This document shows positions 16,678-25,445 of a DNA stretch of 64,000 nucleotides, one piece after another (the stretch's first letter is position 1; every line of letters begins with the position of its first letter). The stretch spans positions 1,330 through 65,329 of the forward strand of contig JBAIWX010000030.1 in assembly GCA_037916975.1 (NCBI GenBank), read 5' to 3'. The position numbers and the translations under genes were made by a program. The stretch is from Gemmatimonadales bacterium (lineage in GTDB: Bacteria > Gemmatimonadota > Gemmatimonadetes > Gemmatimonadales > GWC2-71-9). Below the pieces are notes generated by a model, which saw nothing but the letters and a program-made list of their open reading frames with translations, did no database searches and was not told the DNA's origin.

Positions 16678-19600
16678 TCAGGGGGCGCCGGCGGGAGCGG
16701 TCGTGCTGCCCGCGGAGGTGCTCGTCGAGGAGGAAGTGGCGGGGGTCGCGTCCGGCGGGGGTATCGAGGCCTGCAGCGCCTCCTGCATGGCGAGGCGGAG
16801 GGCTTCGAGCTGGGCCGCCGTCGCGCTCTTGGCCGAATCCACGAGCGCGGCGTACCGCCCCTGCCAGCGCACCCAGCTCTGGAACTCCGCCATCTCCTTG
16901 GCGGGAATGTTCGCCGCCTTCGCCTCCGCCTCGAGGGCCTTGATCGCCGCCGAGGTCTCGGACCGGAGCGAGTCGAGGAGGGCGGCGATCTCGGTCTTCA
17001 TCTGGGGCAGCCGCCCCTGCTGCACGGCCGCCTTGAGGTCCGCCACCTCGAGCTTCTTGTACTTGAGGAGCTCCTGCATGAGCTCCTCGAGCCGCCCGAC
17101 GTTCGTCCGGCCGGGGGCGCGCAGCACCTCGGCGGCCCGGGCGCCGTGCTTGCCGATGTTGGACACCGACTTGGTGAGCTCCTCCGCCGTCCCGCCCACC
17201 TTGAGCTGCTGGACGGCGGCGTCGATCCACTTCCCCTCGTTGATGGAGGAGACGACCCGCTGCGCGGCGGTGCTGGCCCGCAGCTCGTCGGCCGACATGC
17301 CGAGGGCCTTGGCGATCTCCTCGACGTCGGCGGAACCCTCCCGGCCGGTGACCCAGACGCGCACCCCGCCGCCGACGTAGGCGTCGGGGTGCGACGCGTT
17401 GATCATCGCCTGGGTCTTGGCGATCCGCTCCGCGAGCTCGGCGCGCTTGGCGGCGTCGGTCGTCTTCTCGAGCTCGACCATCCAGGTATCGATCTGGCCG
17501 GCCAGGCGCTTCTGCTCGCCCGAGGAGAGCTTCACGAAGTCCTTGAACGGCTCGACGCCCGCGTCGCGCGCCTCCTTGAGCACCTTCTCGACGGCGTCCT
17601 TCCCCGCCTTCTCGGCCTCCTTGAGCCGCGCGCCGAAGACCATGCTCTTCTCGTACGCCGCCATCTTCCCGCTGATCGCCGCCTTCATGTCGTCGGGGAC
17701 GCCGCGGATGACGTCGATCAGGTGCGACCGCGTCGGGTCCACGAAGACCTCGGCGTCGAGCAGCTTCTTGGCCCCCTTCACGTCCGTGCCGAGGCGGCCG
17801 GCGAGCCAGCCCTCGGCCTTCTGCTGGAGCTCCGACGCGGCACCGCCGATCACCTGCACGTCGAGGTCGCTCGTTGCCTTCGGCGTGCCGGTGCGCACGA
17901 GCTGCGACATCGCCTCCGATTCCTTGGCGACGAAGTCCTGCAGCTCCTTGACCAGGCTCACCCGCCATGCCTCGAGCGCCTTGCCCGTGGCGGTGTCCAT
18001 CGCCGCCGTCTTCTTGAGCACCCCCCACCCGCCCGTCTTCTTGAGCGCGCCGATGTAGCCGAAGGCGTCGATGCCGGCCTTGAGCACCTTCTCCGCCTCG
18101 TCCTTGGAGGTGATGGCCCCGATGTTCGGGAGCTTCTCGAGCAGCGCCTTCACCTCGTCCGAGACGGCCTCCGCGCCCTTGGCCCCGAGCACGGCGAACC
18201 GCTTCCCCGCCTCGGTCTCCTTGCCGGCGAGCTCGGCGAGCTCCTCGTAGGACTTGCCCGTCAGCCGGCGCACCTCCTCGGGGCCCAGCTCCTGCAGGCC
18301 GCGGGCGATGGTCTCGGCCGACTTCCCCTCTGCGCCGAGGTTCCGCAGCGCCATCCGCACGCCGGCCTTCGCGCCGGCCTCCGTCCCCTTGAGGGCGAGC
18401 TCGCCCCCCTTCACCGCCGTGTACACGCCCTTGGCGCCCTGCCACACGTCGATCGCTACGAAGACGGTGTCGAGGATCGCGCCGATCACCGCGGCGTCCA
18501 CCTGCTGCGAGGTGACCAGCTGGAGGCTCGGGTCCACGTTCGCCGCGTTCGCGGTGGAGAGGTCGTAGGCCTTCTTCCAGCTCATCCCGGCCTGCGCGGC
18601 GCCGATGCCGACGCCGGCCGCGGCCCAGAGGAAGGTGGCCAGGCCTCCGGTGGCGAGTTCCGAGAAGATGAACGCCGCCGCGGCGAGGCTCCCCAGGCCC
18701 AGCGACTTGAGGAGGTGCGCGAGGTTCGCATCGCTCACCTCTTCCTGCGCCACCGCCTTCTCGACCGGGCGCGACCAGTTGGTGCCCGAAGGGGCGCGCT
18801 GGCCGATGAAGAGCTGCTGCTGGATCGGGACGAAGTCGAGGAAGGTGAGGTCGCTCCCGACCAGGGGGACCGCCTTCTCGATCTTGGCCATCAGGTCGTT
18901 GAGCGCCTTCTGGATCTCGGCGCGCGCGACCTTGATGTCCTGCGTCTCCTTGAGCTTGGTCGGATCGCCGCCGTGCGCGGTGAAGAAGGCGGCCGACGGG
19001 TGGAGCTGGATGAGGGCGGCCTCGGCACCGAGGGCCTTCTGCCACTCGGCGTTCACCTGCTCCCACTTCGGCTCGGTGCCGTACCGCAGGAGCCCGCTCT
19101 GGGGCCCGTCCGGCTGGAACCGCGCGGGCGTCTCCACGACCTCCCGCGTGCCGCCCGGCGCCCGGCGCGCGGTGTAGCCGATGATCGTATTCTGGATCTG
19201 CTCCTTCGCCTTCTTGACGCGCTCGATCTCGCCGGCCGCCTTCATCACGTCCTGCACCGCGAAGTCCTGCTCGGCGCCCGGCGTGTCGGTGTTGGTGCCG
19301 GTCCGCTCCATCTCCCCGTGCAGAAGGTTCCGGTTGGACTCGAGGTAGCCAAGGGCGGTGTTCTCGACGTCCTTCTTGAACTGCTCGCGGAGCGGGTCGA
19401 AGGCGGGATGGTCGGGGAGGTTCTTCGTCTTCTTGAGCGAGGCCGCGAAGACGTCCTGATGGGCGCGTGCCATGGCGAGCTCGTTGCCGAGCATCGCCCA
19501 GGCGCGGTCGATGGTGCTCCCGTTCTTGCTCCCGAGCATGCCGCGGATGAGCTCGACCTTCTCCGGGTCGCTCTTCGCGGCGTAGTCGTCGGGCAGCCGG

Positions 19601-19932
19601 GTCTCGGGGCCGGCGGGCGGCGGCTCCCAGTCCATCGGCCGGCGCTGGATGGCCTCGACCGTCGGTGCGACGGTGCCATCGAGGTCGGCGCCCCGCTGCG
19701 CGCGTCCCCCGCGGCGGCCGGCGAGGCGTCGCTGCACCGCCTGGTTGCCGGCGGCGCGCTGCTGGCGGATGATCGCGTCGGGTCGGCGCGGGCGTGCTGC
19801 CTCGGGCTGCCGCACCGGACCGACATCGGCGGGCTGCGCCCCGGCGTCGAGCCCGGGGGCCGGCGCGGCGGCGGGCCGGCGGGTGGACGCCGGTCCCTCG
19901 GGCTGCGGTTGGGGCCCGCTGTGCTGGGTCAT
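16678..19932 (-). CDS. Large hypothetical protein (1084 aa): Pro/Arg-rich N-terminus with a GNQAVQRRL motif, TM hairpin, Lys/Glu/Ala-rich helical body
   Basis: Uninterrupted ORF with G/C-rich third positions throughout. Hydrophobic helices at aa ~410-450 and ~480-496. Ser/Thr/Pro tail. No enzymatic motif securely recognised. Confidence 0.75.
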   Translation of the reverse strand: MTQHSGPQPQPEGPASTRRPAAAPAPGLDAGAQPADVGPVRQPEAARPRRPDAIIRQQRAAGNQAVQRRLAGRRGGRAQRGADLDGTVAPTVEAIQRRPMDWEPPPAGPETRLPDDYAAKSDPEKVELIRGMLGSKNGSTIDRAWAMLGNELAMARAHQDVFAASLKKTKNLPDHPAFDPLREQFKKDVENTALGYLESNRNLLHGEMERTGTNTDTPGAEQDFAVQDVMKAAGEIERVKKAKEQIQNTIIGYTARRAPGGTREVVETPARFQPDGPQSGLLRYGTEPKWEQVNAEWQKALGAEAALIQLHPSAAFFTAHGGDPTKLKETQDIKVARAEIQKALNDLMAKIEKAVPLVGSDLTFLDFVPIQQQLFIGQRAPSGTNWSRPVEKAVAQEEVSDANLAHLLKSLGLGSLAAAAFIFSELATGGLATFLWAAAGVGIGAAQAGMSWKKAYDLSTANAANVDPSLQLVTSQQVDAAVIGAILDTVFVAIDVWQGAKGVYTAVKGGELALKGTEAGAKAGVRMALRNLGAEGKSAETIARGLQELGPEEVRRLTGKSYEELAELAGKETEAGKRFAVLGAKGAEAVSDEVKALLEKLPNIGAITSKDEAEKVLKAGIDAFGYIGALKKTGGWGVLKKTAAMDTATGKALEAWRVSLVKELQDFVAKESEAMSQLVRTGTPKATSDLDVQVIGGAASELQQKAEGWLAGRLGTDVKGAKKLLDAEVFVDPTRSHLIDVIRGVPDDMKAAISGKMAAYEKSMVFGARLKEAEKAGKDAVEKVLKEARDAGVEPFKDFVKLSSGEQKRLAGQIDTWMVELEKTTDAAKRAELAERIAKTQAMINASHPDAYVGGGVRVWVTGREGSADVEEIAKALGMSADELRASTAAQRVVSSINEGKWIDAAVQQLKVGGTAEELTKSVSNIGKHGARAAEVLRAPGRTNVGRLEELMQELLKYKKLEVADLKAAVQQGRLPQMKTEIAALLDSLRSETSAAIKALEAEAKAANIPAKEMAEFQSWVRWQGRYAALVDSAKSATAAQLEALRLAMQEALQASIPPPDATPATSSSTSTSAGSTTAPAGAP

Positions 19933-19984
19933 GTCGGCGATGTCGGGATGGGGCGCGCCGGCCGCGGTGGTCCGGTGCGCGGAG

Positions 19985-20058
19985 TGCCCCCGAGACGATT
20001 CGAACGTCCGACCAACGGTTTAGGAAACCGCTGCTCTATCCAGCTGAGCTACGGGGGC
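19985..20058 (-). tRNA. tRNA-Arg (anticodon CCT)
   Basis: The reverse complement folds as a cloverleaf: acceptor GCCCCCG/CGGGGGC, D-arm GCTC..GAGC, anticodon stem GCGGT/ACCGT with loop TTCCTAA, T-arm GGACG TTCGAAT CGTCT, discriminator A. CCA is not encoded. Confidence 0.9.
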
Positions 20059-20122
20059 GTGAGGCCAAATCTAACGCCCCCCGCCCCCGCTCGTGCAGCA
20101 TGTCCGTCCGCGGACCGCCCCC

Positions 20123-20566
20123 TCAGGGCGCCTCCTCCCGCAGGAACGCGCCGCTCACCGCGTCGAAGATGCGCACCCGCACCACGACGCCGGGCCGGAT
20201 CCGGTCCACCTCGCGTACGTAGACGACCTTCCGGTCCTGCCCCGGCCGATACACCACCCACGAGCCCGCCGGGGCCGAGGCGAGCACCGCGTCGCAGTCG
20301 CCGCTCAGGCCGCGCTTCCCGCGTCCCTTCCCCATCGCCTTCTTCTGCTGGCCCGGCGGCACGCCGGGAAGCCAGACGCGGCAGGTGCCGGGCTCGGGCA
20401 GGTGGCCGGGAGGGATGCCGAGACGCGCCGCCGTGCTCGCGTTCTCGTTGGCGTTGCCTCGCGCCGCCGGCGTGGGCCGGGGTGCCGGCGCGGGCTGCGG
20501 GGGCGGCGAACTGGTGCAGGCGGCGAGCAGGGCGAGGGCGGCGAGGCCCAGGTGCGCACGATGCAT
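20123..20566 (-). CDS. Small hypothetical lipoprotein (147 aa)
   Basis: Starts MHRAHLGLAALALLAAC (lipobox LLAAC). Pro-rich linker and a motif GIPPGHLPEPGTCRVWLPGVPPGQQ. Confidence 0.55.
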   Translation of the reverse strand: MHRAHLGLAALALLAACTSSPPPQPAPAPRPTPAARGNANENASTAARLGIPPGHLPEPGTCRVWLPGVPPGQQKKAMGKGRGKRGLSGDCDAVLASAPAGSWVVYRPGQDRKVVYVREVDRIRPGVVVRVRIFDAVSGAFLREEAP

Positions 20567-20585
20567 GAGGTCTCCTGGTCGGGCG

Positions 20586-21116
20586 TTACAGGTGCACGAG
20601 CGAGCTGACGCGGGCGCCCTGGAGCTTCGTGCGCCCGCCGAGCGGCCCGATCTCGAGGAGGAAGCTCCACCCCACGAGCTCGGCGCCGAGGCCCGCGACG
20701 AGGCGTCCCGCCGCCCGCGCGGTGCCGCCGGTGGCGAGCACGTCGTCCACGACGAGGATGCGGTCCCCCGCCCCGCAGGCGTCGCGATGCGCCTCGAGCG
20801 CGTCCTCCCCGTACTCGAGCGCATACCGCTCCGCCACCGTCTCCCAGGGCAGCTTGCCGGGCTTCCGGAGCGGCACGAACCCCGCCCCGAGCGATTGCGC
20901 GAGCGGCGCGCCGAGGATGAACCCGCGGGCCTCGATCCCGACGACGCGCGTCACGCCCGCGTCGCGCCAGGGCGCGGCCATCGCGGCCACCGCCTCGGCG
21001 AAGAGCGTGGCGTCGTGCAGCACCGGGGTGATGTCCTGGAAGAGGATCCCGGGCTTGGGATAGTCGGGGATGGCGCGGAGGGCGCCGCGCACGCGGGCCG
21101 CGGTCGCGTCGGTCAT
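20586..21116 (-). CDS. apt: Adenine phosphoribosyltransferase
   Basis: Motifs [21 protein letters not shown] and [14 protein letters not shown] (PRPP-binding). Confidence 0.93.
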   Translation of the reverse strand: MTDATAARVRGALRAIPDYPKPGILFQDITPVLHDATLFAEAVAAMAAPWRDAGVTRVVGIEARGFILGAPLAQSLGAGFVPLRKPGKLPWETVAERYALEYGEDALEAHRDACGAGDRILVVDDVLATGGTARAAGRLVAGLGAELVGWSFLLEIGPLGGRTKLQGARVSSLVHL

Positions 21117-21127
21117 GCGAACCTCGA

Positions 21128-21397
21128 TCAGGCGGTGGTGAAGCGGGTGAACGGCCCGGCGGCCGGGGGCACCGGCACCGGTTCGACGGCGGTGACGCGC
21201 GCGAGGGAGGGGCCGCGCGCCAGGAACCGCGCGAGCTCGTCGAGCGCCGCCTCCTCGCCGTCGGCCACGACCTCGACCCGGCCGTCGGGAAGGTTGCGCG
21301 CGACGCCCCGGAGGCCGAGCCGCTCGCCGTGCCGCGCCGTGAAGTTGCGGAACCCCACGCCCTGCACGCGTCCGCTCACGACCCAGGCACGGGTCAC
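21128..21397 (-). CDS. acyP: Acylphosphatase
   Basis: 89 aa with the [11 protein letters not shown] signature. Confidence 0.85.
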   Translation of the reverse strand: MTRAWVVSGRVQGVGFRNFTARHGERLGLRGVARNLPDGRVEVVADGEEAALDELARFLARGPSLARVTAVEPVPVPPAAGPFTRFTTA

Positions 21398-22035
21398 GCG
21401 TCCCTCGTGCGGCGGCCCTTCACGAGCTCGACGACCATCGGCAGCACCGAGATGACGATGATCGCCAGGATGACGGCGGAGAAGTTCGACCGCACCGCCG
21501 GCAGGTTCCCGAAATAGTAGCCCCCCAGCACCAGGAGCCCCACCCAGAGCAGCGCGCCGGCGATGCTGTAGGCGAGGAACTGCCGGTACGGCATGTGCCC
21601 CACGCCGGCGACGAACGGCGCGAAGGTCCGCACGATCGGGACGAACCGTGCCATGATCACGGTGCGGCCGCCGTGCCGCGCGTAGAAGGCCTCGGTGCGG
21701 ACGAGGTGCTCCCGCTTCACGAACCGGAGCTCGCCGCTGAAGGCGCGCCGGCCGATCTTCGCGCCGATCCAGTAGTTCACGTTGTCGCCGAGGAACGTCG
21801 CGGCGAGGAGGAGCGGCACCACGACCCGGACGTCGAGCGCGCCCAGCCCGCAGAACGTGCCGATGGCGAAGAGGAGCGAGTCGCCGGGCAGGAAGGGCGT
21901 CACGACCAGGCCCGTCTCGCAGAAGACGATCGCGAAGAGCAGGAGGTAGGTCCCGGTGCCGTAGCGGGCGATGATGTCGGCGAGGTGCCGGTCGAGGTGG
22001 AGGATGAGGTCCACGAACTGGCGCAGCAGGTCCAT
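21394..22035 (-). CDS. DedA family membrane protein
   Basis: Motifs [19 protein letters not shown] and [16 protein letters not shown] are typical of DedA/SNARE-associated proteins. Confidence 0.88.
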   Translation of the reverse strand: MDLLRQFVDLILHLDRHLADIIARYGTGTYLLLFAIVFCETGLVVTPFLPGDSLLFAIGTFCGLGALDVRVVVPLLLAATFLGDNVNYWIGAKIGRRAFSGELRFVKREHLVRTEAFYARHGGRTVIMARFVPIVRTFAPFVAGVGHMPYRQFLAYSIAGALLWVGLLVLGGYYFGNLPAVRSNFSAVILAIIVISVLPMVVELVKGRRTRDA

Positions 22036-22065
22036 TGGTGCTCCGGCGCGGGGCGCCGTGGTCGG

Positions 22066-22725
22066 TCAGCGGAAGCCGTGCTCGCCGAGGAGCGGCACGA
22101 ACCGCGCCTCGCCGAGGGTGGTGGCGTGGAACTGGTCGCCGCGGCGCTCCACCACCGTGAGCACCTGGCGTTCGCGATCCCCGACGGGCACCACGAGGCG
22201 CCCGCCCTCGGCGAGCTGCTCGAGGAGCGGGCGGGGCGCCTCGGGGGACGCGGCGGCGACGAGGATCGCGTCGTAGGGCGCGAACGGGCGCCAGCCGAGG
22301 GTGCCGTCGCCCACGAGCACGGTCACGTTCCGCACGCCGAGCTGCTCGAGGAGGCGCCGCGCGCGCTCGGCGAGGTCGGGGAGCCGCTCGATGCTGAACA
22401 CGCGGTCGGCGAGCTTCGCGAGGAGCGCCGTCTGGTAGCCCGAACCGGTGCCGACCTCGAGCACCGTCTCGCGCCCGGTGAGGCGGAGCGTCTCGCAGTA
22501 GCGGGCCTGCACCGATGGCTGCGAGATCGTCTGCCCGCCCCCGATGGGGAGCGCGGTGTCCTGGTAGGCCTGGTGCCGGACGCTCTCGGGGACGAAGAGG
22601 TGGCGCGGCACCTCGCTCACCGCCTTGAGGACGGCGAGGTCGTGGATGCCGCGCGCCGCGAGCGCCTCGACGAGGCGCGTGCGGTAGCCCTGGAAGCCGT
22701 CGCCGCCTAGCGGTCGAGCGCCCAT
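22066..22725 (-). CDS. pcm: Protein-L-isoaspartate O-methyltransferase
   Basis: Motifs TISQPSVQA and VLEVGTGSGYQTALLA. ATG at 22725 gives 219 aa and a 19-nt overlap with the surE end. Confidence 0.88.
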   Translation of the reverse strand: MGARPLGGDGFQGYRTRLVEALAARGIHDLAVLKAVSEVPRHLFVPESVRHQAYQDTALPIGGGQTISQPSVQARYCETLRLTGRETVLEVGTGSGYQTALLAKLADRVFSIERLPDLAERARRLLEQLGVRNVTVLVGDGTLGWRPFAPYDAILVAAASPEAPRPLLEQLAEGGRLVVPVGDRERQVLTVVERRGDQFHATTLGEARFVPLLGEHGFR

Positions 22726-23456
22726 CCGCGGACCGTCTCGAGGAGCGGGTAGTTGGTGAGGTCCATGTGGAGCGGCGTCACGGCGATCCACCCGTCGTGG
22801 ATCGCCGCGTGGTCGGTGTCGGCCCCGCCGGTCCAGGTCGCGGTCCCGCCGCCGATCCAGAAGATCTCCCGGCCCCACGGGTCCTTCATCCGGGTGAGCG
22901 ATTCCGAGAAGACGCGGCTCCCGAGCCCCGCCACCCTCACGCCGCGGATCCGGTCGGCCGGCACCGGCGGAAGGTTGACGTTGAGGAGGGTGTTCGCGGG
23001 GAACCCGTCGAGCCGCGTCACCTGGCGCACGAGCCGCGCGAGCGCGTCGCGGTAGGTGAGCATCGTCTCCGGCTGGTGGCCCGCGAAGCTGATCGCGATG
23101 CCGGGGACCCCGAGCATCACCGCCTCCATCGCCGCCGAGACGGTGCCGGAGTAGAGGACGTCCTCCCCCATGTTCGGGCCGTGGTTGACGCCCGAGAAGA
23201 CGAAGTCGGGGCGCTCGGGCATGAGCGCCTGGATGGCGAGCATGACGCAGTCGGTCGGCGTCCCGTCCACCTGCCACGCGCCGTCGGGGCGCCGCTGCGG
23301 CCGGAGCGGCCGGTGGAGCGTGAGCGAGTGGCTGGTGCCGCTCTGCTCGCGGTCCGGGGCGACCACGGTGACGTGGCCAACCTCGCGGCACGCGTCGGCG
23401 AGGAGGGCGAGGCCGGGCGCGAGGACGCCGTCGTCGTTCGTGACGAGGATGTTCAC
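22707..23456 (-). CDS. surE: 5'/3'-nucleotidase SurE
   Basis: Motifs MNILVTNDDG, SGVNHGPN and YSGTVSAA. Confidence 0.93.
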   Translation of the reverse strand: MNILVTNDDGVLAPGLALLADACREVGHVTVVAPDREQSGTSHSLTLHRPLRPQRRPDGAWQVDGTPTDCVMLAIQALMPERPDFVFSGVNHGPNMGEDVLYSGTVSAAMEAVMLGVPGIAISFAGHQPETMLTYRDALARLVRQVTRLDGFPANTLLNVNLPPVPADRIRGVRVAGLGSRVFSESLTRMKDPWGREIFWIGGGTATWTGGADTDHAAIHDGWIAVTPLHMDLTNYPLLETVRGWALDR

Positions 23457-23839
23457 TGGGGCTCGGGGCGGTCGGGGGGGCGGCGCCCGTCGAGGATCGC
23501 CTGGATGTCCTCGAGCGCCTGCCGCAGGTCGCGCACCGTTTCCGCCTCGAGCGCCTTGCGGCCCTCGGTGCGGAGCTGGCCGGTGCGGCGGTAGAGGTCG
23601 ATGCGCTGGCGCGCGCCGTCGATCGTGTACTTCTCGGTGTAGAGGAGGTGCTTGACGAGGAGGATGAGCTCGACCTCCTTCGCCTTGTAGACCCGGTTCC
23701 CGGAGCGGTTCTTGGCCGGGTTGAGGAAGCGGAACTGGCTCTCCCAGTACCGCAGCACGTGCGGCTTGAGGTCGGTGAGGGTGCAGACCTCGCCGATCGA
23801 GAAGAACTCCTGCGTCGCCGGGCGCGCCGTCACCGCCAC
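23453..23839 (-). CDS. MerR family transcriptional regulator
   Basis: Helix-turn-helix motif FSIGEVCTLTDLKPHVLRYWE. Confidence 0.8.
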   Translation of the reverse strand: MAVTARPATQEFFSIGEVCTLTDLKPHVLRYWESQFRFLNPAKNRSGNRVYKAKEVELILLVKHLLYTEKYTIDGARQRIDLYRRTGQLRTEGRKALEAETVRDLRQALEDIQAILDGRRPPDRPEPQ

Positions 23840-24828
23840 TGCTCCGCCTTGAGCGTCCGCTCCATCAGCGCCCCGACCGCCTCGACCGGCGGCCGCCCCT
23901 CGAAGAGGATCGCGCCCACCTGCTCGGCGATCGGGAGCTCGACCCCCGTCCGGGCGCCGAGCGCCGTCGCGGCGCGCGAGGCGTTGGCGCCCTCCGCCAC
24001 CGTCCGGTGCCGTGCACGGTACGCCTCGTACGACTCCCCCGCCGCGAGCGCCTGGCCGAGGGCGCGGTTGCGGCTCAGGTCGCCGCAGGCGGTGAGGATC
24101 AGGTCCCCCATGCCGGCGAGGCCCATGAAGGTGATCGGGTCGGCGCCCATCGCCACGCCGAGGCGCGTCATCTCCGCGAGCCCGCGGGTGAGGAGCGCCG
24201 CGCGCGCGTTGTGCCCGAGCCCGAGGCCGTCGAGCACGCCGGCGGCGATCGCGATCACGTTCTTGAGCGCCCCGCCGAGCTCGACGCCCACCACGTCGGT
24301 GTTCCGGTACACGCGGAACCGCGGCGCCGCGAACACCCGCTGCGCCTCGGCGGCGGTGGCCTCGTCCCGCGCGCTCGCCACGACCGCAGTCGGCCGCTCC
24401 TCGTACACCTCGCGCGCGAAGCTCGGCCCCGAGAGTGCCGCGAAGCGCGTCTCCGGCAGTTCTTCGGCGAGCACGTCCGACATGAGGGCGAGCGTGTCGG
24501 TCTCGAGGCCCTTGGTGGCGCTCACCACGAGCGTCCCGGGGGCCACCGCCCCGCGCACCCGGCGCACGACCGACCGCACCACGTGGCTCGGCGCCACCGA
24601 GAGCACGACGTCCGCGCCCGCCACCGCCTCGGCGGGGTCCGCCACCGCCGCGAGCGACGGCGCGAGGGGCATCCCCGGCAGGAAGAGGGGATTCTCGTGC
24701 CGCGCGTTGATCGCCGCGACGACCTCCGCCTCATAGGCCCAGAGCCGGACCGTCTCGCCCTTCCGGGCGAGCAGGTTGGCGAGGGTGGTGCCCCAGCTCC
24801 CCGCGCCGAGGACGCCGACGGTCGTCAT
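23830..24828 (-). CDS. gpsA: NAD(P)H-dependent glycerol-3-phosphate dehydrogenase
   Basis: Motifs VGVLGAGSWGT, NPLFLPG and GALKNVIAIAAG. Confidence 0.93.
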   Translation of the reverse strand: MTTVGVLGAGSWGTTLANLLARKGETVRLWAYEAEVVAAINARHENPLFLPGMPLAPSLAAVADPAEAVAGADVVLSVAPSHVVRSVVRRVRGAVAPGTLVVSATKGLETDTLALMSDVLAEELPETRFAALSGPSFAREVYEERPTAVVASARDEATAAEAQRVFAAPRFRVYRNTDVVGVELGGALKNVIAIAAGVLDGLGLGHNARAALLTRGLAEMTRLGVAMGADPITFMGLAGMGDLILTACGDLSRNRALGQALAAGESYEAYRARHRTVAEGANASRAATALGARTGVELPIAEQVGAILFEGRPPVEAVGALMERTLKAEQWR

Positions 24829-25445
24829 GCGGGCGGGGCCGCCTGGGCGCGCCGCCCGAAGCGGTTCTCGGTGCCGCTCAGCAGGCGCCGCACGTTCGCG
24901 CGGTGGAACCAGACGATCGCGACGGCGAGGAGCGCGCAGAGCCAGACGAGCTCGCGCCGGGCCGGGTAGAGCAGCCAGACGGCGGGGGCCAGCACCAGCG
25001 CGCCCAGCATGCTGGCGAGCGAGACGTAGCCGGTCAGGCGGAGCGTCACGACCCAGACGAGGAAGCAGATGCCGATCGCCCAGGGGGCGAGCCCGAGCAT
25101 CACGCCCGCCGCGGTGGCGACGCCCTTGCCGCCCTTGAAGCCCACGAAGACGGAATAGACGTGGCCCAGGACCGCGACGACGCCCACGAGCAGCTGCCAG
25201 GTGAGCGACGGCGCCACCCGCGGCGCGATGAGCACGACCGGGAGCGTCCCCTTCGCGATGTCCACGAGCGCCACGGGAACGGCGTACTTCCAGCCGAGGA
25301 CGCGGTAGACGTTCGTGGCGCCGAGGTTCCGGCTCCCGTGCTCGCGCAGGTCGATGCCGCGGAAGGCCCTGCCGACGACGTAGCTCGTCGGGAACGCGCC
25401 GAGGAGGTAGGTGAGCAGGAGCCAGCCCGGGGTCGCGGCCGTCAC
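24825..25445 (-). CDS. plsY: Glycerol-3-phosphate acyltransferase PlsY
   Basis: GTG at 25445 (GTGA overlap with der). Motifs HGSRNLGATNV and FKGGKGVAT. Confidence 0.9.
   Translation of the reverse strand: MTAATPGWLLLTYLLGAFPTSYVVGRAFRGIDLREHGSRNLGATNVYRVLGWKYAVPVALVDIAKGTLPVVLIAPRVAPSLTWQLLVGVVAVLGHVYSVFVGFKGGKGVATAAGVMLGLAPWAIGICFLVWVVTLRLTGYVSLASMLGALVLAPAVWLLYPARRELVWLCALLAVAIVWFHRANVRRLLSGTENRFGRRAQAAPPA

Noticed and set aside
17863-17925. RTGTPKATSDLDVQVIGG in the 1084-aa protein, which resembles the G[ST]...DxD motif of nucleotidyltransferase-fold (MNT/pol-beta) enzymes.
   Set aside because: The spacing between the Gly and the DxD is much shorter than in bona fide NTases, and no downstream third acidic residue or helical partner motif was recognisable. 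This is too weak to call a domain.
15044-20058. Genomic island integrated at the tRNA-Arg 3' end (tRNA, large orphan gene, AT-rich distal border).
   Set aside because: There is no integrase or mobility gene. I could not find a direct repeat of the tRNA 3' end (CGATTCGAACGTCCGACC) near 15200-15750. The G+C content and codon bias of the enclosed genes look native. It remains possible only as an ancient, eroded event.
16334-20568. Very long alternative-frame ORFs (16334-19066 minus, 910 aa; 16615-20568 plus, 1317 aa) overlapping the 1084-aa gene and the tRNA.
   Set aside because: Their translations are Arg/Gly/Pro/Ala low-complexity sequence, typical of shadow frames in GC-rich DNA. The plus-strand ORF runs straight through a tRNA gene. 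The 16678-19932 frame has protein-like composition and G/C third-position bias.
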